This document shows, in pieces, positions 1 to 12,320 of a DNA stretch of 64,000 bases. Each line of letters opens with the position of its first letter. Position 1 is the stretch's first letter. Source of the DNA: Takakia lepidozioides (Eukaryota; Plantae; Bryophyta); NCBI GenBank assembly GCA_030704615.1, contig CM060733.1, positions 66,712,001-66,776,000 of the forward strand, given 5' to 3'. Both the position numbers and the translations under genes were made by a program. Below the pieces are notes generated by a model that worked only from the letters and a program-made list of their open reading frames with translations, was not told the origin of the DNA and did no database searches.

Positions 1-2598
1 TAAAAATTCAGGGGGAGAAGAGAGTTTGAGTCTCTAAGAGGAAAGAGGAAAAATAAAATAAAACACTAATAAAGGTTTCAAACCCGACCTACTCTCCCTC
101 TTCGGAGAGAGTTCGAGTTCCGAGAATAAAATTGTTTCCAATTCGCCATTCTCCCCCACCGGACTGGGTTCGAATCCCCTAGTGATGCTCGAAGATATGG
201 CCGGTGCAAAGTTGATTGTTTTTCTATTCTCACACGGCTTGGAAGGACTTTGAGCCTGAGGGGATAAAAATTTATGGGGAGAAGAGAGTTTGAGTCTCTG
301 AGAGGAAAAATGAAAAATAAAAAGAAACAGATAATAAAGGTTTCAAACCCGACCTACTCTCCCTCTTCGGAGAGAGTTCGAGTGCCCAGATATAAAAATT
401 GTTTTAAAAACCGCCATTCTCCCCACCGGACTGGGTTCGAATCCCCTAGTGATGCTGGAAGATATGGCCGGTGCAAAGTTGATTGTTCTACTCTAGCAAG
501 GCTTGGAAGGACTTTGAGCCTAAGGGGATAAAAATTCAGGGGGAGAAGAGAGTTTGAGTCTCTCAGAGGAAAGAGGAAAAATAAAAATAAACAGATAATA
601 AAGGTTTCAAACCCGACCTACTCTCCCTCTTCGGAGAGTTCGAGTGCCCAGATAAAAATTGTTTCAAAACTCCCATTCTCCCCCACCCGACTGGGTTCGA
701 ATCCCCTAGTGATGCTGGAAGATATGGCCAGTGCAAAGTTGATTGTTCTACTCTAACAACTTGGAAGGACTTTGAGCCCGAGGGGATAAAAATTCAGGGG
801 GAGAAGAGAGTTTGAGTCTCTGAGAGGAAAGAGGAAAAATAAAAATAAAACCATAATAAAGGTTTCAAACCCGACCTACTCTCCCTCTTCGGAGAGAGTT
901 CGAGTGCCCAGATAAAAATTGTTTCAAAACCGCCATTCTCCCCCACCGGACTGGGTTCGAATCCCCTAGTGATGCTGCTCTGAAGATATTAACCAGTTGA
1001 AAGTTTGATTGTCTATTCTAACAAGGCTTGGAAGGACTTTGAGCCTGAGGGGATAAAAATTCAGGGAGAAGATAGTTTGAGATCTCTAAGAGGAAAGAGG
1101 AAAAATAAAAATTAAAACAAATAAAAAGTGCCCAGATAAAAATTGTTTCAAAACTGCCATTCTCCCCCACCGGACTGGGTTCGAATCCCCTAGTGATGCT
1201 CGAAGATATGGCCAGTGCAAAGTTGATTGTTCTACTCTAACAAGGCTTGGAAGGACTTTGAGCCTGAGGGGACAAAAATTCAGGGGGAGAAGAGAGTATG
1301 AGTCTCTGAGAGGCCATGAAGTTAGGGAAGAGCACCAAACACAAAAAACACACTTTTTACTGTTTGGGGGATGGTAGCCATCGTTCCACAGCCCTTTGGA
1401 AAGCCTCACACGCCTCCAAACCACTTGCGCATATCACCAGGTACTTGCAAATGAAGATTTGAAAAGAACAGATAATAAAGGTTTTCAAACCCGACCTACT
1501 CTCCCTTCGGAGAGAGTTCGAGTGCCCAGATAAAAATTGTTTCAAAACCGCCATTCTCCCCCACCGGGACTGGTTCGAATCCCCTAGTGATGCTGGAAGA
1601 TATGGACGGTGCAAAAGTTGATTGTTCTACTCTAGCAAGGCTTGGAAGGACTTTGAGCCTAAGGGGATAAAAATTCAGGGGGAGAAGAGAGTTTGAGTCT
1701 CTCAGAGGAAAGAGAAAAAATAAAACTAAACACATAATAAAGGTTTCAAACCCGACCTACTCTCCCTCTTCGGAAAGAGTTCGAGTGCCCAGATAAAAAA
1801 TGTTTCAAAACCGCCATTCTCCCCCACCGGACTGGGGTTCGAATCCCTAGTGATGCTCGAAGATATGGCCGGTGCAAAGTTTGATGTTCTATTCTAACAA
1901 GGCTTGGAAGGACTTTGAGCCTAAGGGGATAAAAATTCAGGGGGAGAAGAGAGTTTGAGTCTCTGAGAGGAAAGAGGAAAAATAAAAATAAACAAATAAT
2001 AAAGGTTTCAAACCCGACCTACCTCCTCTTCGGAGGAGAGAGTTCGAGTGCCCAGATAAAAATTGTTTCAAAACTGCCATTTCCCCACCGGACTGGGTTC
2101 GAATCCCCTAGTGATGCTCGAAGATATGGCCAGTGCCAAAGTTGATTGTTCTACTCTAACAAGGCTTGGAAGGACTTTTAGCTGAGGGGACAAAATTCAG
2201 GGGGAGAAGAGAGTTTGAGTCTCTGAGAGGCCATGAAGTTAGGGAAGAGCACCAAACACAAAAAACACATTTTTTACTGTTTGGGGGATGGTAGCCATCG
2301 TTCCATAGCCCTTTGGAAAGCCTCACACGCCTCCAAATCACTTGCGCATATCACCAGGTACTTGCAAATGAAGATTTGAAAAGAAACAGATAATAAAGGT
2401 TTCAAACCCGACCTACTCTCCCTCTTCGGAGAGAGTGCGAGTGCCCAGATAAAATTGTTTTCAAAACCGCCATTTCCCCCACCGGACGGGGTTCGAATCC
2501 CTAGTGATGCTGGAAGATATGGCCAGTGCAAAGTTGATTGTTCTATTTTAACAAGGTTGAAGGACTTTGAGCCCGAGGGGATGGGGATTAAAAATTCA
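1..2598. repeat. Tandem repeat (satellite), ~258-bp unit, about 9 units, open at the window start
   Basis: TAAAAATTCAGGGGGAGAAGAGAGTTTGAGTCTCT recurs near 1, 265, 529, 787, 1054, 1272, 1669, 1929 and 2189. A ~150-bp extra block occurs at ~1312-1465 and ~2229-2385. Confidence 0.95.
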
Positions 2599-2784
2599 GC
2601 GCTTCCGCCCGCTGACGCGACCAACGTCACATCAGTTTTGCCGAAAAATCAGTAAAACATGAGTTAGGTGAAAAATATGTCACGAAGGTGGACACGTTGT
2701 ATTCCAAGCGCCACCTTGGCAAGTGAATGAATTATTTTATATACTCCATCCGCCAATATTTGTAAAATCATTATTGTTAAATTG

Positions 2785-3275
2785 GTGCGACCTCCAAATG
2801 GTGGTTGGTCATAGATTTATCTTATTTTTTAATTTGCGACCACCAGAGAGGGGTGTGTCGCAGCCATTTTTGTTTTTAAAAAATAGATGCGACCACCACA
2901 GGGGTGGTGGTCGAATTTTTTTCTTTCTTAAACAGTTGCACAACCAGTACTGTGGTCGCACAATTTTTATTTTATTTTAATAGGTGCGAGCACCATAGGG
3001 GGGTGGTCGCAACTTTTTCTATTTTTTAATATCTACGACACCAGCATGGGGGTGGTCGCAGCATTTTTCAGTTTTTAATAGGTGCGACACCAGCAAGAGG
3101 GGTCGCAGGCAATTTTTGTTAATATGATAATAATAATTTCTAGGACCAGAGCATGGGGTGGTCGCACACATTTTTCTTTTTTTAATAGGTGCGACCACCA
3201 AAAAGGAGGGTGGTCGCAACATTTTTCCTTTTTTTTTAATATCTGCGACACCAGCATGCGGGTGGGTCGCAGCAG
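2785..3275. repeat. Array of imperfect palindromes GCGACCACC-N7/8-GGTGGTCGC with AT-rich spacers (hAT family 1, upstream of the transposase)
   Basis: About 10 copies at ~50-bp spacing (e.g. 2837, 2889, 2938, 2986, 3035, 3083, 3190, 3246). Confidence 0.85.
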
Positions 3276-3729
3276 TTTTTTCTAAAACATAACATTATGA
3301 GTTTTTCGTGCAACCTGGAGCGTCGTCTCGTTCCGTCGTTAGCATTGATTCTGATTCGTCGAGCGTTTGTGAGGCTTGGAGGTGGAGGGGATACAAGGTT
3401 GGTCCCAATGCCCTTCACTCTTTTGTAGCAAACACTTCTGTGGCGAGTGAATGTTCTCTATTCCTTGGCAGAGTGTAAGCCAAGAGGAGGGTGCGATCGT
3501 TGCTGTGGTGGCTTCCACCAGAGCCACTGCAACAAATTGTCGAAAAGCACAATACTACATGGTGCATTGATCCACTTGGATTGATGCCGTAGTGTTGGGC
3601 CATTGCATTCTGTTCTAACTTCTATGCTCTTGACAAATCTACCAAGTACACTAGTGTTTCTTCGTTCAACCTTAAGTCTGGATTAGGGTTTGGGTGTGAT
3701 GATGAGGGAGGAGTAGAGGAGGTAGACCC

Positions 3730-6690
3730 TTGGTTCCGGAGACCGCACAAAAAAGGATGGTGTTCAATGTAATTTTTGTGATTGAAAGCTGGCGGGTCGC
3801 AAAAGACATGGATACTCACGGGCTACAGAGATGGGAAGAATGTAGGGTTAGTTGTGCCCCAAAAGCCTCCATACGAGTGAAAGCCCCACTTTGCCCAATG
3901 TGGAGGCGATATCCCACATCTCTTGATGTTGGCCCGCGGCTTCTGAGCCAAAACACTCCAGGTTCGAATCAAAATGTCCCTCAGAGTTACCAGGAGGATT
4001 CTTGCGATAATCAAAATGTCCCTCAGAGTTGTACCCAGGAGGATTCTTGCGATGCGTTTGCTGTTCGTGGAGAAGCCGGTGGGTCAGGAGCAACACTCGA
4101 TTGTACGCCAGCACTTGTACGGACCAGACCATTGAGACAACAATCAATGCAAGAAGGCTTAAATTTGTCGCACAGAGGACTCTGGATAAGAAGTGGGCCC
4201 AATTTTTTTACGAGGCCAATATTCCGTGAGGCTTCCTGCGTTTGTGGCTGCTGTCAAAACCACGTCTGATTCCAAGTCCACCTACACACCTCCGAGTTAT
4301 CGTGATCTCCGCACAGGATTGCTAGAAGAGGCTATGTCTGACCTCACCCAAAAGGTGAATCCGGAAATATGGAAGCACTATATGTGCGGACGGTTGGAGT
4401 TCTGTTACTAATCGACCACTGTTCAATGTCATGCTGGTCTGTCCTACGGGGGAACAATTTTTGGGATCCATTGACACAAGCGGGGAGAGAAAAGATGCAC
4501 GTTATCAAGCAGGGTTGTTGACGAGTTTCATCGATAAAATTGGAGCTGATAAAATTATCCAAGTGTGCACGGACAATGCATCTATGGTTATGGCCGATAT
4601 TTTGATGGTATGATATCCTCATCTATATTATCAAGGGTGTGCTGCTCATATCTTTGATCTCCTTTTGGAGGATTGGGGAAAAGAATCATGGATGAAACAA
4701 CTAGTAAAAAGGGCAAAGTCGGTTGTGACGTTCATTTGTACACATCACATCCCTCTAGCATTGTTTAGAAAGCATGAACCCAAATACAGCTTTAGGAACC
4801 CGGGTGAAACCCGCTTTACCACAAACTTTTTGATGGTAGATCGATTGGTGACTGTGAGGGCGGGTATGGAGCAGGTGATCATTGACCCTCAATGGGATGC
4901 ATATGTGGGCACCTTACGCGACTCTCGCAAGTCCAAGTCTATGAACAAAAGTTGGAGGGTCCGCGCAATCATTCGCTCCAACAATTTCTGGGCGAAATGT
5001 GCAAATTTTGTGTACATGGTGGAGCCGGTGTTGATTGCTTTGCGGGAGTTTGATGGAAAACAACCAATAATGGGTAAAGCATAGTTCATATTGGAAAACC
5101 TTGATAAGCACGTGCAATCCTTGAGGCGTCATCCATTTTCTATGGGCGATGATTTGGCGGCAAGGACCGATGATGCATTTTACGACCGCAAACGGATGGT
5201 TCGCACGGACTTGTATTATGCGGGGGCCTTGCTGAATCCATTCTTACTGGACAATACGGATTTGAGAGACGATGTGGATGCCAAAGCCGGGCTTGTACGG
5301 GTCATTATGCAACTTGCGCCATTGAACATAGCAGAGCGAGCTTTGTCCGAGTACCAGTGCTTCTCGGATCGCCAGAATCTTTTCCGTGACATGCCGGATC
5401 CAAAAACAATGAACATGTTGCCACATGAATGGTGGGATCTGATTGGAGCTGGAGCAAGAACGTTAGCTCCCATTGCAAAGCGTATTCTTGCTCAAGTGTG
5501 CTCTGCCTCGTTCTGTGAGCGGAACTAGAGCAGTTACTCGTTTGTTCACAACAAGATTCGCAATAGGTTGAATCCTGCCAGGGCTGACAAATTGGTTTAT
5601 GTCTACACGAACTGTAGGCTACTGCGAGAGATGACAGCAAATGACGCATCTACATGGTACAAAAAGAATCTGTTGTCTGAAGAATCTGCCTCAAAGGTCC
5701 AATCTAGCAACAATGATGACACCGACGCCGCGAGGGACTCCGACTCCAACGGTTGGGATGGGTCCGATGATGTGGGCAATCCTCCACATGACCCATATGA
5801 ATTTAATGATGATGATGCTGCAATGTATCCATCCTTCGATGACCTTGTTGTTGATGAACTGCGACATGGTGTCATCCCAATTGCGGACCTTCTTCCCCCA
5901 GTGGAGCACACTCTCAACAATGAAGTTGCGGTCAACTCTCCCCCACCACAAGTTTCACGGACTGCGGGAGATGTGTAGGTCGAATCGTCGGATGATGACA
6001 ACCGGCCGTTGTCATTCCTTCACCGACATCGTGCCCCTGTGAACCGTGCTTCATCTCATGCCGCTCCATCTCATGTTTCTCTTTCTCAAGCCGGTCCATC
6101 CCAGGCTGGTCCATCTAGTCTCTCTCCCCCTCATGTAATTCCTTCCATTGCTACTCCAATCCTGGGAGATGCTTCTTCTGCTGCGGGACTTCTACAAGTC
6201 GAACCATCGGATGACGACAACCGGCCATTGTCGTTTCATTTGGCCCGACGACGTCTGCATGTGAACCGTGCTCCCTCAACCCTCGTTGGTCCTCTCATGC
6301 CCCTTCCTCTCATGTCGGCCCATCTGCTATACGTGCGAGTAGCCTTCCTCATACGAGACTTGCTCCAAGGCCACCACGAAATCCGAGACAAGACCAGAAA
6401 CGGCAAAGAATTGTGCAGCCTTTTGTTGGTGACCGACTTGTGAACAGGCCTGATACCTTAGATGGTATTCATGATAGGAGTGGAAATTGACGAGAGAGAC
6501 AACTGAACGTACTCCGAGGACGACTACAGGTCCAACGGCCAGTTGCCTCTGGAAACGGAAGAACAGATGGAGATCATGATTCTAGCACTGATCATGGGAA
6601 CGGGGGTGAAGTAAGTGGGGACGAAGATTTTGTACTAGGCGTGAGATCATACCATCATCGTCGTGCCAGACGGAACTAGGTACATCTATA
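3730..6690 (+). pseudogene. hAT-superfamily transposase pseudogene (degenerate BED-like finger, DUF659, hATC dimerisation domain, long acidic/low-complexity C-terminal tail)
   Basis: Pieces DKKWAQFFYEANIP, ICADGWSSVTNRPLFNVML, IIQVCTDNAS, YYQGCAAHIFDLLLEDWGK, PGETRFTTNFLM, HEWWDLIG..LAPIAKRILAQVCSASFCERN*SSYSFVHNKIRNRLNPARADKLVYVYTN. In-frame stops near 4611, 5082 and 5526, plus frameshifts. Confidence 0.93.
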
Positions 6691-6939
6691 ACTTCTGTCA
6701 CATGATGTGTAGTATGTTTCCATGGATATCCATGTTTCAGTTTGGGTACATGCATACGTGTACGGAAATACTATGGTGGAATATGTGTACCCAACAAAGG
6801 GTTTGGTGGTTGTGCGTGTGTTTGTGTTTCGTCATTACCTTTATATTGTTGATTTCCTATTATGGTTTCGAAAGCCACAAAGGCCAGGTGCAGCTCCCAA
6901 CATTCATCTTCCCCTTCACAAATCCCACCCCCCTACAAC

Positions 6940-7230
6940 CACCCCCCTGCTAGTGGTTGCATCTATTAAAAAAAAAGAAAATAGTGCGACCACCAGCAGG
7001 TGGTGGTCGCACCTATTTGTTTTAAACAAAATTTCTACGACCATCTCCCTGCTGGTGGTCGCGCATATTAAAAATAATAATAATTATGCGACCACCTCCC
7101 TGTTGGTGGTCGCACCTATTAAAAAAAAAAAAAATCTGCGACCACCCCCCTGCTGGTGGTCGCACATAATAAATAAAAGAAAAATGATGCAACCACCCCT
7201 TGCTGGCGGTCGCAGTGGGGGTGGTCATAA
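6940..7230. repeat. Second GCGACCACC/GGTGGTCGC palindrome array, between the transposase and the RING gene
   Basis: Copies at ~6987, 7037, 7089, 7138 and 7189, period ~50 bp. Confidence 0.85.
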
Positions 7231-7244
7231 CTATTACTAGCGCG

Positions 7245-7310
7245 CGCCCCGAGTGTGGGGAGTTTATAAGGCCTTGGAGGCCATTCTCTCCCTCACTTTT
7301 CTCCACACCA
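7245..7310 (+). promoter_or_regulatory. Putative core promoter of the element's second gene (G-run, TATA-like TTTATAAG, CATTCTC-CCTCACTT Y-patch)
   Basis: The same module (G-run-ATATAAGCC...CATTCTCCCCTCACTT) lies at 17708-17770 ahead of the homologous ATG in the second family, and at 11985-12050. Confidence 0.5.
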
Positions 7311-7632
7311 GGTTTTGATGGGCGATGAGATGTTGTATTCCTTGTCATTGAGTCCAAGTGGAGAGGGGTGCTATTGGTTGGGTGGGGGGTATTTTGGGCC
7401 GTCGGTTTCTACGAAATCGATGCTGAGTACCTCCCGAGAAGCCCTCCTCTCGCACCCATGTTTTTTTCATTGCACATTGCGTCATATCACCTAGAACTGC
7501 GGAGGGAGTGACACGTGCCTCTAGTACTTGGGGAGGATTCATTAGGGAGTAGGATTAGGTACAATTTAGGAGGGTTGGGAGAGCATTTTTCTTAGCAAAC
7601 ACCTGTCAAGTAGGGGTAAGCCAGAGCCATAA

Positions 7633-10169
7633 ATGGCGGAGGAGGAAGACAGAGGAGGTCATCCCAGGGATGACGATAATGAATTTGGACCTCCCAAAAA
7701 AAAACCAAAAGGGGCCAGGCACGAACTTCGTTGGGACATATATAATGACCCCAACATTCTTGCGGAACCAGGTTGGGAAGTTTGGAGGTTGGGGCAGCGG
7801 TGGTTGCTTAGTGTTTGTAGGAAATTTGTGATTGGTGTCACATAAATCGTTTGTGGCCCAGAGATAGGCATGATCCACAAACCAAACAAAATCAAGCTAG
7901 CTTGCATTCCTGCGCCAACCCGCATTTCCGCCACGGGGCAGAGGAGGTACATACAACATTGTGGGGTCAACCGCTCGTCAACAACAAGGTCCCGTATTTA
8001 TTTGCGGCCATGTTGTACACAGAGTTGATTTTATTGCGACCAGTAGATTGACAAATTGCCACTGCGAGACAACGTACTAGACTATGCATGTTCTCTGATA
8101 TCCCAGACTTGTATATACGTCAGGGGCATGACATCATACGGTTGGATGGAAACGACGAGGTGGAAGAAGGAGGAAAGGCAGACCAACCTCCAGATTATAC
8201 GCCGCAACAGGTCTCCGCAGCCGGGCCTTCAACGTCTGAGGTGGAGGGGGGCGAGGTACGCTTTCAGTTGGAGGAGCAGTTGGCCGCACATGAATAGCAC
8301 ATCAAGGACCTGCAGAACATTGTTCATTTGCAACGGTGGCAAATAGCGAAGCTGCCGGAAAGAATGGGGTTGGGGACTCTAGACAGCGTACGCGGTGTGC
8401 TTCAGGACCCGAGGCCAATCACCAACGAGCAAGACATATTGGGGCGTTTGAATATGCCACCAATGAACATTGACCGCGTCATCGATAGGGTTGACTCAAT
8501 CGGGCATGGGAATGAAGTGCAAACGCCTAAACTGGACCCGGCGAGGGTTGAGGAAGAAAGACTTGCGGCGGAGAGGGCAAGAAAAGGGAAGGACCCCATA
8601 GTGGAAACTGGGGAATGTTCAGCCGTGCAAATTTCATCGGCCCGGGAACAGGAATTAGAGCAGCCTTTGTGGGGGAACGCGAGCAAGCTAGGGCTGTTGC
8701 ATATTGGTACTCAAATGCCATGCAAATCCGATCGTGGCCATGGTTGAAGGGGAATTGGCGGAATTGGGTGACATGGGTGGGCCATCTAACATCGCGGGAA
8801 ACACGGATAGAAGAAGCATTGTCCTCCCTCCAACGTGCAGCACATTTGTCGAATCAAAGCGTAGACATCATCTTTGCTAATTTGCAAAGGCACGACACTG
8901 TGCGTGATGTATTCACGTCGAAGTACACTGGATTCACCACATGGGGTGATGTGGATGCCATGTTTGAGCAGTGTGTGTATATAATTTCCGATATCAATAA
9001 AAGCATAAACTGGGATTTGGAAGTAGAGGAGGAGTGGAACAGCAAGCCGAGGATGTCATCCAACATTCATGAGGATGAACGGACGTGGATACCACGGAGC
9101 AATCCAGCGTCATGGGTAACAGATGGTACGGTGTGCACAATGTGCCTAAGCCCTTACGGACCGGAGGGAGGCTATATGCTTGGTTCATGTGGCCATTTGT
9201 TCCACCCCGCATGTCTCATATCGGCAGCCATGCGAGCCAGCCAATGCCCTGACTGTCGTGGACCAATCCATCGACGTTTCTACGAGTTGTTTAGGTTGCT
9301 AGACAATATGCCCACGGGATACGAGTACAACCGGTACAACATGCCATTGGATGTATCGCCTTACGATTTTTTAAATTGGCAGCACTGGGGGGGGGGGGGC
9401 AATGACATGGGATGCTCCAAGAGAGATGCACACCTTGGATGCTATGACGTTAACTAGGGTTAAAGATCCGGTGACCTTTTGGGTGACATCCAACTGGGAA
9501 ATAACCGTGCGTGCTCGAGGCATACGGGACCCAGTCCAAATGAAGCTTTTTTGCCGGAACTTGGGAGGGCATTGGAGCTGTACCAGACAAAGATTCTTCC
9601 GACTGCCTGAGGATCCGTGGGTGCCAGCGGAAAACGACCCATACAATAGCGAACCGATTGGGAGAGACCTATTTCTGAGGGAGTTGGAGGCCGCTAGCAT
9701 CCGTTGGGAGGATATGAATGAGAGGTATTGGGTGCCTCGTCGGGATGAAGGGCCATTTCCTCCAGAGTTGCGCAGAGACCCCCAGCAGGAGGAGGTGTTG
9801 GACAATTTCAAGGCTGCCATCACGAGTGTTGTAAAGTATTGGCAGAACACATGGCGTGACCAAGTTGCCCATATTCCAGGGTTGTTCTTGCCACTTCCAA
9901 ACATATCGGATTTAATTGCAAAATTGCATAAAGCCGTAGCAAGAGCGACAAACCCGGCTGTGGCAAATGTGGAAGAGAGTCAGCACTCGCCTAGAACGCT
10001 ACGCATGATGGCAAGGGTGGACCATACAACACTGGGTCCCTCTTTGACCACTCGAGCCCAGGTTCGAGCTCTCCGTACTGGTGGAGGCACGTCCTCTACA
10101 CCCGGAGCATCTTCATCAACATCTGGAGATGACGACAACGAAGTAATAAATCTAGATGAAGATGACTAG
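7633..10169 (+). pseudogene. Transposon-borne RING-H2 protein (~840 aa when reconstructed): N-terminal NLS, RING-H2 finger, C-terminal SIM-like motif; disrupted
   Basis: Consecutive ORF pieces 7633-7845, 7851-8051, 8088-8297, 8328-8747, 8615-9457 and 9402-10169. CTMC-x14-CGHLFHPAC-x10-CPDC at 9134-9256 (C3H2C3). PPKKKPK near the N-terminus; ends ...EVINLDEDD*. Stops at ~8049 and ~8295. Confidence 0.85.
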
Positions 10170-10294
10170 AAATGTTAGAAACGTAGGGAGTAGGCCAAAG
10201 GTCTCAAGTTGCGAAAACTTAAATGTGCAACCCACTGTATAGTCTACGTAATTTTTGGAAATACGAGGTTCATCCTTTGAACCATTTTTTGAAT

Positions 10295-10910
10295 GACCTC
10301 ATACTTGTTCGGTACCTGTTTGACGGCATGTACAATATATTGGCAAAGTTTCAAAACAACCAAAAATTGCTGAATGAATATACCATTGGTTCATCCATTG
10401 CAATATTTTAAATCAAACTCATACTTGTCCGGTACCTTTAAGAGGGCATGTACAATGCAATGGCAAAGTTTGAAAGCATTCAGAAATCGGCACATCAAGT
10501 AACCATTGGTTCCTCCTATGAACCATTTTTTATTGATCTCATACTTGTCCGGTCCATGTAAGAGGCATGTAGAACATACTGACAAAATTTCAAATCATTC
10601 AAATTTTTTATTTATCAATGAACACTTGGTTTATCCTTTTCACCATTAACGATTAATCACGAATAAATGAACAGACAAATAAATCATTTGCCTCGAAAGG
10701 ATTTTGGTTCGCTTTGAGACTTGGCCAGTATGTTCAATGTACCATGGAAGAGGCCCCAGAGTAATATGAGATGAACCGAAATTTGTTCAATGGGCCAGCG
10801 GATGTCCAAATGATTTTCGTTCGCTTTGAGACTTGGCCAGTGTGTTCAACGTACCCTCTGATAGGCCCTAGTATAATATGAGATCAATGGAAATTCGTTC
10901 GATGGGCCAA
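10295..10910. repeat. Subterminal-type ~120-bp tandem repeats (two families)
   Basis: CATACTTGTCCGGTACC..GGCATGTACAA..GGCAAAGTTT at ~10300, 10420 and 10540. GATTTT.GTTCGCTTTGAGACTTGGCCAGT.TGTTCAA at ~10700 and 10812, with an inverted copy at 12650-12720. Confidence 0.8.
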
Positions 10911-11275
10911 TGAGGCGTTCAGTTGTCATCTGGTTTTTGTTCATTACGAAAAAGAAATCCTGCAATGCGTGCACGACACCCATTGAACGGATGTGGTTGA
11001 AGCCCCTTTATTGCCCGCATGTGCTTGAACATGTGTGCAACACATGTGCGGAGACACAACAGACGAATAAATCATTTGTCTCCCCATCGACACCAAGCCA
11101 TTCCATAATGTAATTGAATTTAAATTAATTTTAAGCCAATAAATAGGTTTGCACTGCCTTTCATTGGGGGTATCTGGCACGTATCGATTTTATTTTTGGC
11201 TCAATTTTGTCTTGCGGCTTCAAGCATCCCACTGCTACTTCCCCGCCAGAATTTGGACCAATAAAAAATGTCCCA

Positions 11276-11932
11276 AAAAAAAAATGTTCTCTTCGCTCAC
11301 CATTGCATAACTCTCTATGAAGAGTGCATGAAGTAGAGCACAAATCAAGTTTGGAGTGCAAAACGGGCAAGAAACTAAGGTCTTTGGGTCCAAATGAATT
11401 TTGATCGCTCCCAAATTTGGCACGCACGTTGCATATGAGTCATTACACGCCCCATTCAAAAGATCTGCTTCGCCACGGAATTCACTCTTTCTGTTTGGCC
11501 GTCCGTCGTAGGTCGGAAGACGGTGCTCATCTCCTCCAAAAAAAAATGTTCTCTTCGCTCACCATTGCAGAACTCTCTATGAAGAGTGCATGAAGTAGAG
11601 CACAAATCAAGTTTGGAGTGCAAAACGGGCAAGAAACTAAGGTTTTGGGTCCAAATGAATTTTGATCGCTCCCAAATTTGGCACGCACGTTGCATATGAG
11701 TCATTACACGCCCCATTCAAAAGATCTGCTTCACCACGGAATTCACTCTTTCTGTTTGGCCGTCCGTCGTAGGTCGGAAGGCGGTGCTCATCTCCCCCCA
11801 AAAAAAATGTTCTCTTTCGCTCACCATTGCAGATTTTTCTATGAAGAGTGCATGAAGTAGAGCACAAATCAAGTTTGGAGTGCAAAACGGGCAAGAAAAT
11901 AAGGTTTTGGGTCCAAATGAATTTTGATCGCT
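11276..11932. repeat. ~262-bp tandem repeat (2.5 copies) containing a captured Ty3 integrase fragment
   Basis: Units start at AAAAAAAATGTTCTCTTCGCTCACCATTGC (~11276, 11538, 11800). The first two units carry the reverse complement of 39011-39076 ([21 protein letters not shown]). Confidence 0.9.
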
Positions 11933-12054
11933 GGAGCGATCGCCAAGGTAACGGTCGGTTCTACGAGGTTTGCCCTACGTGTAGAACAAGGAATGAGGCC
12001 GGGGGGGGGGAGGGCATATAAGCCCCCAGTCATTCTCCTCTCACTTCCATTACT

Positions 12055-12320
12055 GGCAGTTTTTGTTACTAATCGGGGCATCCTGACGGGAAGATGGAGT
12101 GTTTTGCTCAGAGGTCATGTCCAGATCCAAAGACATTGGAATATTGCCTCCACACTGGGCAAAGTGGTTTTTTATCCGCATAGATGCTTTAGCGCATAAA
12201 CCCACCCCAACGCTCTTCACAACTTTATAGCCGAGGTGAGCGAACAACCGATCCTTACGATAAGAAAACTTTAATTCACATAGGTTGCACTCAACACTAC
12301 TAGTGGCACTAACAGCCAGC
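12055..12320 (-). pseudogene. Displaced N-terminal (BED-like zinc finger) fragment of hAT family-2 transposase
   Basis: VECNLCELKFSYRKDRLFAHLGY..VGLCAKASMRIKNHFAQCGGNIP aligns with the degenerate 3760-3930 segment of family 1. Confidence 0.75.

Noticed and set aside
140-2520. tRNA gene cluster
   Set aside because: Only T-arm/B-box-like pieces are present. No acceptor stem, D-arm or anticodon arm could be built.
1-2655. ORFs of 60-118 aa in the satellite
   Set aside because: They are by-products of the repeat, with frames not conserved between units.
2590-2780. Left TIR and 8-bp TSD of the hAT-RING element
   Set aside because: No matching inverted terminus was found in the window, so the element boundaries remain undefined.
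3300-3720. Possible third, divergent ORF of the hAT element
   Set aside because: Broken by stops, with no counterpart visible in family 2 and no recognisable motif.
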